Shown here piece by piece: positions 13,020-23,607 of a DNA stretch of 34,941 nucleotides. The DNA is from Octopus bimaculoides. Taxonomy: Eukaryota. The stretch is taken from NCBI RefSeq assembly GCF_001194135.2, contig NC_068982.1:160190092-160225032 (forward strand), written 5' to 3'. The stretch's first letter is position 1. Every line of letters begins with the position of its first letter. Below the pieces are notes generated by a model, which had not been told where the DNA came from, did not search any database, and saw only the letters and a list, made by a program, of their open reading frames with translations. Position numbers and translations under genes: made by a program.

Positions 13020-13151
13020 CTAAGCACGAGGCCCGAAATTTTGGGGGAGGGACCCAGTCGATTAGATCGGCCCTAATTCACAACTGGTACTTAATTTATC
13101 GACCCTGAAAGGATGAAAGGCAAAGTCAACCTAGGCGGAATTTGAACTCAG
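13020..13151 (-). mobile_element. Deu/Nin-domain-type tRNA-derived SINE fragment
   Basis: The reverse complement reads GAGTTCAAATTCCGCC (B-box-like), then TAGGTTGACTTTGCCTTTCATCCTTTCAGGGTCGATAAATTAAGTACCAG, the Deu/Nin central-domain pattern (GCCTTTCATCCTTTCGxGGTCGATAAA..AGTACCAG) as I recall it. Confidence 0.72.
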
Positions 13152-13185
13152 AAATTCCGCTGAGGTCCACTTTATAATAATTATA

Positions 13186-13187
13186 TC

Positions 13188-13248
<61 letters not shown>

Positions 13249-13268
13249 GTGATGGTGATAATAATAAC
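13186..13268. repeat. (AAT)n microsatellite
   Basis: Directly visible. Confidence 0.95.
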
Positions 13269-14351
13269 AAGAATTAGGAAAATATTGGACAAAGAAAATG
13301 TAAATGAAGAACGAATTCCTAAACAACTCCGTGCAAATTACCTATTTTCTTCGCTCTAAGCGCTTCACGGGCAAACCCTGCTGGCGGAAATTAATGCTTG
13401 TAGAATTTACCTGAAAACGATCATGGGCCCTGGTAGTAATGCCCATTCAAGACATTTTTAGAAGTTATCCATATTTCTTGAGCTAAAAGTCCTTCGGCGT
13501 ACACAAAGAGTAGATTCTTAGCGATGATTAGAAGAAATGTCTCTTCATTTGCAATGAGTGTTTTTAAAATTGCGTGAACGAAACGAAGAAATCTAGTATA
13601 CCATTTTCTTCTGTCAGAACCAACACTTTAAGTGACTGAGAAATTTAGCGATATACATTATTTATATCAAGATTCTTCGCTCGAAGACCCTATCACAACC
13701 TATCCACTTAGAAAAAGCGCATATAAGAAAAAGATCAAATGACTACTGTTGGAATTCTGTGGCCATAGGTTTCTTCATAACTGTGATCATAGGTTTTATC
13801 AATCACGAAAACTTGTACTAAACAACAAATATGTAATTGTTAATTACGCATAATTTTATTTCAATGACGTGTATCTAACGTTTCCAAAATATATATTGCT
13901 GCAACTTGACCACACCGTCTATTTCACTACATATATAAAGCTAATATCCATTCTAGGTGGCTATCGCATTATATTCACCGATATGCTTAAACTTATGTAA
14001 ATTTACGAATGTATTGAACATAGCACATTTCTAAGCCGATTTCTGCATATAAATACATAAATTCCCATCTGAATGTTTGTCATTGTAGTTTTATTTGATA
14101 TGGCTGTAAATGCAAAAGATTGAATTCATTTTCATATAAAGCCTTTTGAAATATCATATTAAAATCTGTCGATGTGAATAGCATATATGTTTGGATATGA
14201 AAGTTATTTCGTCAAAGTGAATTAACATGGCTCTTGAGGCTCGCAATATTTTAAATTTCTTTATGTAAGACGATGGGATCTAATGTCAGTCTAAATAATT
14301 GAATATAAATCAGGCTGTAAGTAGTTCATTCTCTAGTCCTGTGCCTCGCAG

Positions 14352-14427
14352 TCGTAGTCAGAGAATCAGAATGGATTCAGGTTCGAGAATTGGAAGAAAA
14401 AGAATTATCAGCAAAAGGAATTTGCAG
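14352..14427 (+). CDS. Candidate internal coding exon, peptide xVVRESEWIQVRELEEKELSAKGIC, product unknown
   Basis: Acceptor TTCTCTAGTCCTGTGCCTCGCAG|, donor CAG|GTATTT, purine-rich exon-like body. Two frames are open. Confidence 0.3.
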
Positions 14428-14521
14428 GTATTTTTGCATTCATATTTAATAATCGCTTCATTCCGAAAAGATGATAATTTCAGTAAGTTAGTATACATAT
14501 TTTAAACAAAAATTATGAAAT

Positions 14522-14755
14522 ATTATTCTCTTATTCTTTTACGCGATTTCGTCATTTGGCTGCAGCCATGATGGAGGAACACCTTAAAGAGTTTTAGTCG
14601 ACGAAATCCACCCCAGGACTTATACTTTGGAAGGCTAGTACTTATTCTCTCATTCTCTTTTGCCCAACCGCTAAGTTACGGAGAAATGAACACACCAATA
14701 TCGGTTGTCAAACAATGGGGGGCGGGGAACACAAAGATATACACACACACACATA
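14522..14755 (-). mobile_element. 3' half of an OK-type SINE in reverse orientation
   Basis: The reverse complement contains TTGACAACCGATATTGGTGTG...CCGTAACTTAGCGGTTGGGCAAAAGAG...ATAAGTCCTGGGGTGGATTT...CGACTAA...CATGGCTGCAGCCAAATGAC, colinear with 15300-15480. Confidence 0.82.
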
Positions 14756-14975
14756 AATGCATATACATATAACTTTAGATTTTAGAAGGCTTGGGTCATT
14801 ATTGAGAGCCCCAGCAGGCATCAATCAACCAAATTATCAATCATTCAAAATACTCACCAAACACACACACACACTGGCTCACTCACTCACTCACTTATTC
14901 ATTCACTCACACACTCATTCTCACACGCACACACATCCTATGTATCCGTATATACATATTATATATATAATTGAT

Positions 14976-15482
14976 AGGCGTAGGAGGACTGTGTGGTAAG
15001 TAGCTTGCTTACGTACCACATGGTTTCGGGTTCAGTCCCACTTCGTACCACCTTCGGCAAGTTTCTTCTACTATAGTCTCGGGCAGCGCCAAAACCTTGT
15101 GAGTGGATTTGGTAGACAGAAGCTGAGAGAAGCCCGTCGTATATATACATATATACGACGGGCTCCTTTCAGTTTCATATATATATGTATATGTGTGTGT
15201 GTGTGTGTGTGTGTCTGTGTGTGCGTGTGTGTGTGTCTGTGTTTGTATGTGTGTGTTTGTGTGTGTGTGTGTGTGTGTATGTGTGTTTGTGAATCTGTGT
15301 TTGTCCCACAAACATCACTTGACAACCGATGCTAGTGTGTTTACATCCCCGTAACTTAGCGGTTCGGCAAACATAACCGATAGAATAATTATTAGGCTTA
15401 CAAAGAATAAGTCCTAGGGTGGATTTTCTCGACTACAGGCGGTGCTCCAAATGACTGAAACAAGTAAAAGAGTAAAAGAGTA
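14976..15482 (+). mobile_element. Near-full-length OK-type (octopus) tRNA-derived SINE
   Basis: tRNA-like head GGCGTAGGAGGACTGTGTGGTAAG...GGTTTCGGGTTCAGTCCCAC (A/B-box-like), CORE-like CCTTCGGCAAGTTTCTTCTACTATAG, internal (TA)/(TG)n tract, and 3' part TTGACAACCGATG...CCCGTAACTTAGCGGTTCGGC...ACTGAAACAAGTAAAAGA. Homologous copies are visible elsewhere in the window. The family name is from recalled consensus. Confidence 0.88.
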
Positions 15483-15538
15483 ATTCATATTTTAGAGATA
15501 AATTTTCTCTATATGTAGAGGACACACCGGAGCGCTCA

Positions 15539-15569
<31 letters not shown>

Positions 15570-15969
15570 ACATCAGACTGTAGATAACTAAATTACAAGT
15601 ATATAGTCCATTTTTTGTATTATAGTGCATTGTTGTACCATTTTTATTCTTTACAAACAATACACAATGTTTCAAGCGAACTGGAATACTCTCTTATACA
15701 TATATATNNNNNNNNNNNNNNNNNNNNNNNNNNNNNNNNNNNNNNNNNNNNNNNNNNNNNNNNNNNNNNNNNNNNNNNNNNNNNNNNNNNNNNNNNNNNN
15801 NNNNNNNNNNNNNNNNNNNNNNNNNNNNNNNNNNNNNNNNNNNNNNNNNNNNNNNNNNNNNNNNNNNNNNNNNNNNNNNNNNNNNNNNNNNNNNNNNNNN
15901 NNNNNNNNNNNNNNNNNNNNNNNNNNNNNNNNNNNNNNNNNNNNNNNNNNNNNNNNNNNNNNNTATATA

Positions 15970-16000
<31 letters not shown>

Positions 16001-18392
16001 AAGTATGTATATATGTATGTAGCGACTACCAAGCAGTAAAGACTAAAGACGAACGGCACGCTCAAGCTTGTTATTGTCAGATTGGCAGTTATTGTAATAT
16101 AAATATTGCGCCATATTTGAACCCGTGTTGGAAATTTCTGGTTATGCTATGCATATTACTTTCGTGATATAACTCTCAATCGCAAAGTTTCTGGAATAAT
16201 AATGGCTTATAATCTAAACGTCACAGAAATGAATGTTGCCGATTTTATCGTAGATGATGGACATGGACTTTTCAGCAAGCCTATCGTTATAATAAACTTG
16301 CTTTTATATATGTAAGAAACACCGTTGATATCACCGGATTTGTATATCACATTATTGTTAAAGTGTTTAAAGGGAAGCTTCACAATTGTTGATATGTGAT
16401 GTCTCCAGGTCTACCAAAGCAGAATATATCAGTGAATGATCAATTTGAAAGTTATCATATTAAATGTGTTTTTATCTATAATATTCAACATTCATATAAC
16501 TTATAAGTGAATATATATTACTGATATAATACGCTTTGAAAGGGAACATCCAAAATCTTGAATATTATTTTAAAGAATAGGGAATGTGTTGTTCATAATC
16601 GAGGATATGTACTGTGTTTGATAAATACTGCTAACTTAATATTGAAATCACTTGTTAACAATATTGTTTTTGAAATTTACTTTCATTAGTATGTTTTACT
16701 CCATGTCTCATTCGTAAACTGAAAGCTTTAATATAACTATTTCAAAATTCATTTCAGGGTACAACTCTCTTCTCGGCTATTTTTAGCGTTATTACAAGTG
16801 CAACAAAAATACGGAGGGTGTATTAATAATGCTTCACTCAGAAGCAGAAACTTATAGAAAAACAAATTCAATACGTGAACTCATAAAGTGTAGAGAAAAT
16901 AATTATAAATCCGGCTAATCGTAATAAATTGTAACAAAAGGAATTATGACAATAATCATAAACCAAGTTGTCAGACGAAACTGTAAAGAAGTATATAAAA
17001 TGTAAATAGGATACTAAAGCAATAATACCATTATTTGATATATTTCATATCCAATACAACGCTCATGGAAAATAAATTATGACATGTACCACTGGCATCT
17101 TATGCTTCTGAGGGTCCATGCGCGATTGTTACCGGCATCCCATAAATATACTGGAGCTAAAATTGTGACTTGCAGCTATTTATCTCTTTTCGACCGTAAT
17201 CTTAAATTTGCTATCGTGCATAATGAAATCTTTATAAGGTCTGTTAGTTAAAAATGTAAGAAATCATATGTTTTGCATAAAAATGGTGAACTGTTTCAGT
17301 GAACACTGAATACTTCTTATCTTAATAACTGTATTGTATGATGTTACAGTGTGGATCGTAATAAATTGTTTATAATATGGAAAGCAATAACGTTATATTT
17401 TGTCACTCAGAAAGCGCATATCATATATATAACACTAGGTCGACTGTTCTTAAACATGTAAATCTAAATCATGCGTTATATTGAGTTATGAAGACGAAAC
17501 AATATTTATTGACTATAACTTTATGTGTATGTATTTTTGGATGTGTGGTAAAATTATATTGCAAAGAAAACAATAATGCTGTATGAATAAGGTGATGCAT
17601 TATAGAGACAAATATGAAAGAAGGGCCCAGCTAAATTTACACTTATCTTGAAAAACATTTGTTGAGGTGAAGAACGACTCTGAAGTTACTTGAAACATAG
17701 ATTTACATTGTAGTATATAATCTATTTTCATTTTCTCTGAGGAAAAATTGGTGGTAAGTCTTTGTATTGATATAACAGGAGGTAGAGTAATGCTGTGTTA
17801 AATATAACTTCGCGAACAGGAAGACAATGGAAGTAACGAATGCAAAATATGTCAAATTTCAAACTAAATACGAAACACCTTTCAAAGCACTTGCTGGTGA
17901 TTCTTCGCATTTGAGAGTACGTAGTACAACAATGTAATCTTTCGTCAGATTTTCATCTAAACTTGGTATATGCTCATCTTCTGAAATTCCAGGTGAGATA
18001 TACACAACCACTGCTCAGAAAAAATCGAGCAAACCCTCTACCAATCAACCTCTTGTTTCGAAATATAATTGTGAATACACGGGAGTGCAGAAAAGCGCAT
18101 TGCTTCAAAATTCATCTGAACAATTTCTTTTAGATTTACACGTATATTCATTCAGATAACATTTGAGCATCACCAGAGACTATAAGAAAGAAAAGACACG
18201 CATTGCCCGTTTCTATGCAAGTTTAACAATGGAATAGATGTATAAAGATAAACAAATTAGCAAAAGCTTACAGTAATTTAAGTTATTCCTGATAATGTGT
18301 CTTTAATACATAATCGCTTCTGTAAATACGACTTATTTCTGCAACTTATGATATTAATTGAATAAATTATATTTATATATATATATATATAT

Positions 18393-18438
<46 letters not shown>

Positions 18439-18442
18439 TGTG

Positions 18443-19024
18443 TGCAGGAGCGGCTGTGTGTTAGGTAGGTTGCTTAACAACCACCGGGTTCCGCGTTCAG
18501 TCTCACAGCATGGNNNNNNNNNNNNNNNNNNNNNNNNNNNNNNNNNNNNNNNNNNNNNNNNNNNNNNNNNNNNNNNNNNNNNNNNNNNNNNNNNNNNNNN
18601 NNNNNNNNNNNNNNNNNNNNNNNNNNNNNNNNNNNNNNNNNNNNNNNNNNNNNNNNNNNNNNNNNNNNNNNNNNNNNNNNNNNNNNNNNNNNNNNNNNNN
18701 NNNNNNNNNNNNNNNNNNNNNNNNNNNNNNNNNNNNNNNNNNNNNNNNNNNNNNNNNNNNNNNNNNNNNNNNNNNNNNNNNNNNNNNNNNNNNNNNNNNN
18801 NNNNNNNNNNNNNNNNNNNNNNNNNNNNNNNNNNNNNNNNNNNNNNNNNNNNNNNNNNNNNNNNNNNNNNNNNNNNNNNNNNNNNNNNNNATATATTATA
18901 TCTGTATGTGTGTGTGTGTTTTGTCCCCCAACATCGATTGACAACCGATGACGGTGTGTTTACGTCCTCGTAAAGGCGGTGCTCCAGCATGAGCGTAGTC
19001 AAATCACTGAAACAAATAAAGAAT
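18443..19024 (+). mobile_element. OK-type SINE copy interrupted by an assembly gap, with an internal 3' deletion
   Basis: Head GCAGGAGCGGCTGTGTG...GGGTTCCGCGTTCAGTCTCAC precedes gap 18514-18890. After the gap, TTGACAACCGATGACGGTGTGTTTACGTCCTCGTAA joins directly to AGGCGGTGCTCCAGCAT...ACTGAAACAAATAAAAGA, lacking roughly 80 nt present in the 14976 copy. Confidence 0.82.
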
Positions 19025-19084
19025 ATATATATATGCGCTTGCATTGCACTAAGTATTAAATTATGGTTGCATACTCATATGATA

Positions 19085-19320
19085 TTATGCATGCAGCTTT
19101 GGGCAAGTCTCTTCTACTTCCATCCACAAACGTTCGAAAAGCTGTGAGGAGTAAAATTTGCTAGCCAAGATAGAAACTCTGTCCATCATTCTGATTTGGG
19201 TTGGTAGCCATTTTCACCCAGCCTAACACTATATTCGGCACTGGGGTTAAAAAAATGTTAAAACCAGTTGGGTGAGCTACATCCGGATTAGGTTTCTGGC
19301 CTGCAGAAAACCTCCACTCT
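19085..19320 (+). mobile_element. Degenerate SINE-like element containing a CORE-like segment
   Basis: CTTTGGGCAAGTCTCTTCTACT resembles the CORE-like segment at ~15052-15075. The remainder is only loosely similar. Confidence 0.4.
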
Positions 19321-19904
19321 TCTCAGTAACGGGCTTCATAAGTGGTTAGGGGCATAATCTTGTTCTTCTGGATAAAGGAACTGTTCGAATAGGAAAGGAG
19401 ATTTTGCGATTAAATGGAATATTCTTACTGTATTGTGCTTAATTACAGTGACATGATTTATAAGGTGTAATATTAATAAAATGAATAATTTTCACAAGAA
19501 AACAACGGTGGAAAATATTCAATATTGAATATAACTCAGCGGGCAAATTAAAATATTGTTTGAGAATAAAATATTGTTTAGGAATAAAATACCGTTTGGA
19601 AATAAAATGAAGATACAAATATCGAAATATTGTCTATTGGTTAATGTTTGCTAGTGTTACCATGTAGAATAGTGATTAAATGTCTTCCAGTTTATGCATA
19701 AATGTGTATGTATGTGTGAGGGTGGGGTATGTGAGTGAGGAGAAGGAATAGTGTACGTTTGTAATATAGATATTTATGAACACATCACTATGTACATGTA
19801 TAGATATATATGTATGTATACATGTCTGTACGTGTGTATACAGATGCATATATATGAGTCTGGGCATATATCCATATATAGATACATATACATCCATCTC
19901 TTTC

Positions 19905-19917
19905 TCTTTCTCTCTCG

Positions 19918-19969
<52 letters not shown>
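19905..19969. repeat. (CT)n(TA)n microsatellite adjoining a gap
   Basis: Directly visible. Confidence 0.95.
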
Positions 19970-20603
19970 NNNNNNNNNNNNNNNNNNNNNNNNNNNNNNN
20001 NNNTATATAAACATGTATAAATGCACACATACATATGTATATATATGCGATTATGTCTATTAGAATATTCGCATATCTGAGCACACAAACACATACATAC
20101 CGATGTACGTTTCCAAAACCATGAATAAATGTTATATAATACAAAAAAAAACTATTCATAAAATGGATATTGAAGATCTCATTAGGTGGTGGAAGAAGAC
20201 ATCTATGAAAAATATCATATTGCTAAACACACCGTATTATCCGATAAAATATCAATCAGTAATATGATGTGATTGTACAAATTGTCTATATTTCCGTCTA
20301 TTATTTTAAAAGCGCTTCGTATTTAAGATAATTTGTTGAATTTTATGCGATAGACCTACCTGTTATGATAATGATCAAGATAGTATATATATTAGATTAG
20401 GCGTTTCATACTCCAAGAAAGATATCAGTATATAAAAGCGACCAAATAAGTACATATTTATGTTAAATTGATCTGATTAATTATAATGATAATGCATACA
20501 TATTGAAATATACGAAGAGACTATGCAGAATTATTGAAATGACAGTAAAGCATAACAGAAATTTGTTTCTCTAGAAAATATTATTCCTGGGGAATGAATG
20601 ATT

Positions 20604-20674
20604 TAGAATGTTCTATGAAATATAGAATGTTCTATGAAATATAGAATGTTCTATGAAATACAGAATGTTCTATG
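20604..20674. repeat. 19-bp tandem repeat (TAGAATGTTCTATGAAATA) x ~3.7
   Basis: TTCTATG recurs at 20611, 20630, 20649 and 20668, and the units are near-identical. Confidence 0.95.
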
Positions 20675-21414
20675 TATTCTTTTGTGATATTATTTCTATT
20701 GACAATCACATGGTGGTACTTAACGCTTCGTCATGGAGAAAAGCTATATACATATTTTGATTGGCAAGAAAAAGCAAAATTCATTTCAAAATCACACCCT
20801 CTTGTCTTAAGAGCAAGAAAGGCATACTGTCTCTCGAGTAAAATGTCGGAAGAGTCATGTTTGGAACCTCTTCGATTTCTAGATGAGAACTGGATTACTT
20901 TTATAAATTCAGAAGGAAAATAGTCATACACACGCCATGGTGCCAGTCTTTACGCAATCACTTTATATGTTAGAAAATGAACTAAAGTTTACAGCAAAGC
21001 ATACCAAACAAGCTTCAAAAACGCAGAGCACGTATTGGGAAATGTAGTCTATCGATTGCAGAAATAGTATTTGAAAAAAACTGGAGACTCATTTAATTCC
21101 AGTCCTCAGTCAGACCTCATCTGGATTCAATAGAAAAAGAACGAATGTATTCTCATGTTATGAAGAATTAGGTTATGAATCGCAGACCATATTCTACAAA
21201 AGTATTGTTCTCTCATAAATACTTTTCTAGAAAATCAGTTTTCGTATGTCACTGTACATAATTGCTGAAGATCTTGTATTACAAAACGCCTACTAAAACT
21301 TGTCAAAGCTTGTCAAAGTAATGTCCGTAACTTTGGAGAAATAACATCGAAAACGACTTTCTTAATAAACCAAATAATTTTTGGTCTTCTAACAGACAAT
21401 TACGACCTGGATGT

Positions 21415-21485
21415 GCCCCGCAGTGCGGCTGAAGCTCGATTAAAGCGTTTTCAAAGCAAACATGCTAACCACCAACTTATACCTA
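21415..21485 (-). mobile_element. Highly degenerate SINE head
   Basis: GTGCCCCGCAGTGCGGCTGAAGCTCG...CAAAGCAAACATGCTAACCAC...ATACCT resembles the reverse-complemented SINE head at 29196-29270. Confidence 0.4.
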
Positions 21486-22040
21486 CTCTCTTTTGTAAAA
21501 CATATTTCAGACTCATCGACGGCTTGTGGATGGCTACGGTAAGAGACAGTCAACCACTTGAAGTATAAGGATGATAAATATATTCGGAAGATATGAAATA
21601 TTTTTAGAATGTAAGAATCATGGAAGTATTAGGATTGCCATATCTTTCCTGTGCAGGAAGAGCATGAAAATATTGGTTTAGACGAAAGATAATTGTTTTA
21701 TATAGCTTATTTCTGATATTCGTTATACCATCCGCTATATTTCTATGAAGCATTGCATAACGCTTAATAAATAATAGTATTGGATTATATCTATATACAT
21801 ATATATGATTAATTGTTTCGTTAAATTGGTTTCCGATCGACTGTACACAACAGTCAGTTCAGAAATGTAATCCCTGTTTATCTTACAACTAAATGCACTT
21901 AAATAGATAAATACATAACTACATGCATACGTACACACACACACACACACACACACACANNNNNNNNNNNNNNNNNNNNNNNNNNNNNNNNNNNNNNNNN
22001 NNNNNNNNNNNNNNNNNNNNNNNNNNNNNNNNNNNNNNNN

Positions 22041-22072
<32 letters not shown>

Positions 22073-23413
22073 GTCAGTCTCTGTTCTATTAAAAAATATA
22101 TTTTGGGTTGGTAAAGATAAACAGAAATACAAACGCATCTTGGCACAACACACACGTACATTGACGTATGAACAACTATATATATACACTGTACTCTCTG
22201 TGATAGAAAGATCAACAAAAAATACCCCATCTCATGAGAGATAAATATTACTTATTTAAATAACACAATAGATCTTTCTGGGTGCTACCAATAGTTTCAT
22301 GTTGAAAAATACTTCAAACATACCCACCAGGCACACGCCATATATCATAACGCACTAGAAACATTGAATAAGAAAAGAAACGCGAAAAAGCTAAGAAAGC
22401 ATCATATAGAAAACAGGGAAGGCTAAAGAACGGAAAACGAAAAATAAAATATAAAATATAAAAAGTAAAAAGGTAAAGAAATTATCCTCCTTAGACCTCA
22501 AATTATAAAGCTGGAATTGTATCAACAAGTTAGTCAGGTATAGATGAGTTCTTCCAATTCTTCAAAATATACTTATTCATATGTTTGCATACGCTGAAAA
22601 TTTCAGATCTAGATTTCAGTTGAGAGTTAGATATTTTAAATGTGAAAAGGATCTGATCTCATTCAGCTAAAAGTAACCTACATTTATTTGATCCATTAAC
22701 ATAAGGTGTGGATTTCTCAATTATATTCCACTTAATTACATGTAGTGTTTCGTTAGCTTTCAAACTCCATACATGGCTAGCCAACTTAGCTTTGCTTTTG
22801 TCTTTAAGTCGGAAGGAGGCTATGTAATTGTCATAGTGATGTTTAAATTCTCCTTTACAATAATCCAGATAGGATCTCCTTATCCGTTGTATTATAATTT
22901 AGCGCTGCAGTAATTTCTGGATTTGTCTTACAGCGTAGCATTCTCAGCAAGTGTCTTCTCCTACAGCCTCGAACTGATTGATGCTTTATGATTTAATTCG
23001 TAAATAGAAGTAATGCAGTTGCCCATATTATCTTCGCGCGCACACACATAGTATTTCTACATAAATACATGCAAGCACACATACACACATACACACATGT
23101 GTCTGCATGACAAGCATGACCAAAGTGTTAGACGAAGAATAGCTCCCCAAGTACAAGAAGCCGAATCCGATCCTACTGCGTGGCGTTTTGAACTGATCTA
23201 ATTTTCTACGGTTTTGGGTTTACCGTCAGGTAAATCGTTTGTGTAAACCATACAGGTAGCGCCTTGTCACATGCAATAAGATACGAGAATTGTGTTAAGG
23301 GCACACACGACTGTTCAATTCTCAGTTTCTTACACATTAACTCAGAAGTCGTTATACAGATGACTGAACAAGTGAATGCTCCTGGAGAATGAAGAAGATC
23401 GAGCACAATTTCT

Positions 23414-23607
23414 TGAGGGGTTGCTAAAAAGTTCCCGGCTATAAGTGTATCACGAAAGGTCCTCAATTTTACAGGATTTAAAAAACTGAAGAACCGCTTT
23501 AATAATTGTGTCAATCTGAGAGGGGAATATGTTGAATGAAATCGTTATTAACTGGTCCACCTGGATTTTCTTTTACCCAAAGCCAGGAACTTTTCAGTAC
23601 CCCCTCG
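23414..23607 (+). mobile_element. 194-bp internally deleted mariner element (MITE-like)
   Basis: 27-bp terminal inverted repeats at 23414-23440 (TGAGGGGTTGCTAAAAAGTTCCCGGCT) and 23581-23607 are 22/27 identical, with TA following the right end. Internal 23468-23539 encodes FTGFKKLKNRFNNCVNLRGEYVE*, the typical mariner transposase C-terminus (GIxKLxxRWxKCxxxxGxYVE). Confidence 0.88.

Noticed and set aside
13411-13610. Minus-strand 62-codon frame (RKWYTRFLRF...YYQGP) with TGA just before a donor-like site, a possible selenocysteine exon
   Set aside because: No selenoprotein motif or SECIS element is seen, and stop-free runs of this length are expected by chance in 35 kb.
17090-17156. Minus-strand exon-like peptide PVYLWDAGNNRAWTLRSIRCQ
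   Set aside because: The donor is weak (GTACAT), there is no compatible neighbouring exon, and no family is recognised.
20672-20931. Overlapping 83-aa (+) and 66-aa (-) ORFs
   Set aside because: No recognisable domain or splice support. The + ATG lies within the tandem repeat.
21396-21538. Longer 47-codon exon version (xNYDLDVPRSAAEARLKRF...)
   Set aside because: Its 5' half is a degenerate reverse SINE head, so only the 21511-21538 part was kept as a weak candidate.
23206-23514. 102-aa minus-strand ORF
   Set aside because: It starts inside, and antisense to, the mariner remnant and has no coding hallmarks.
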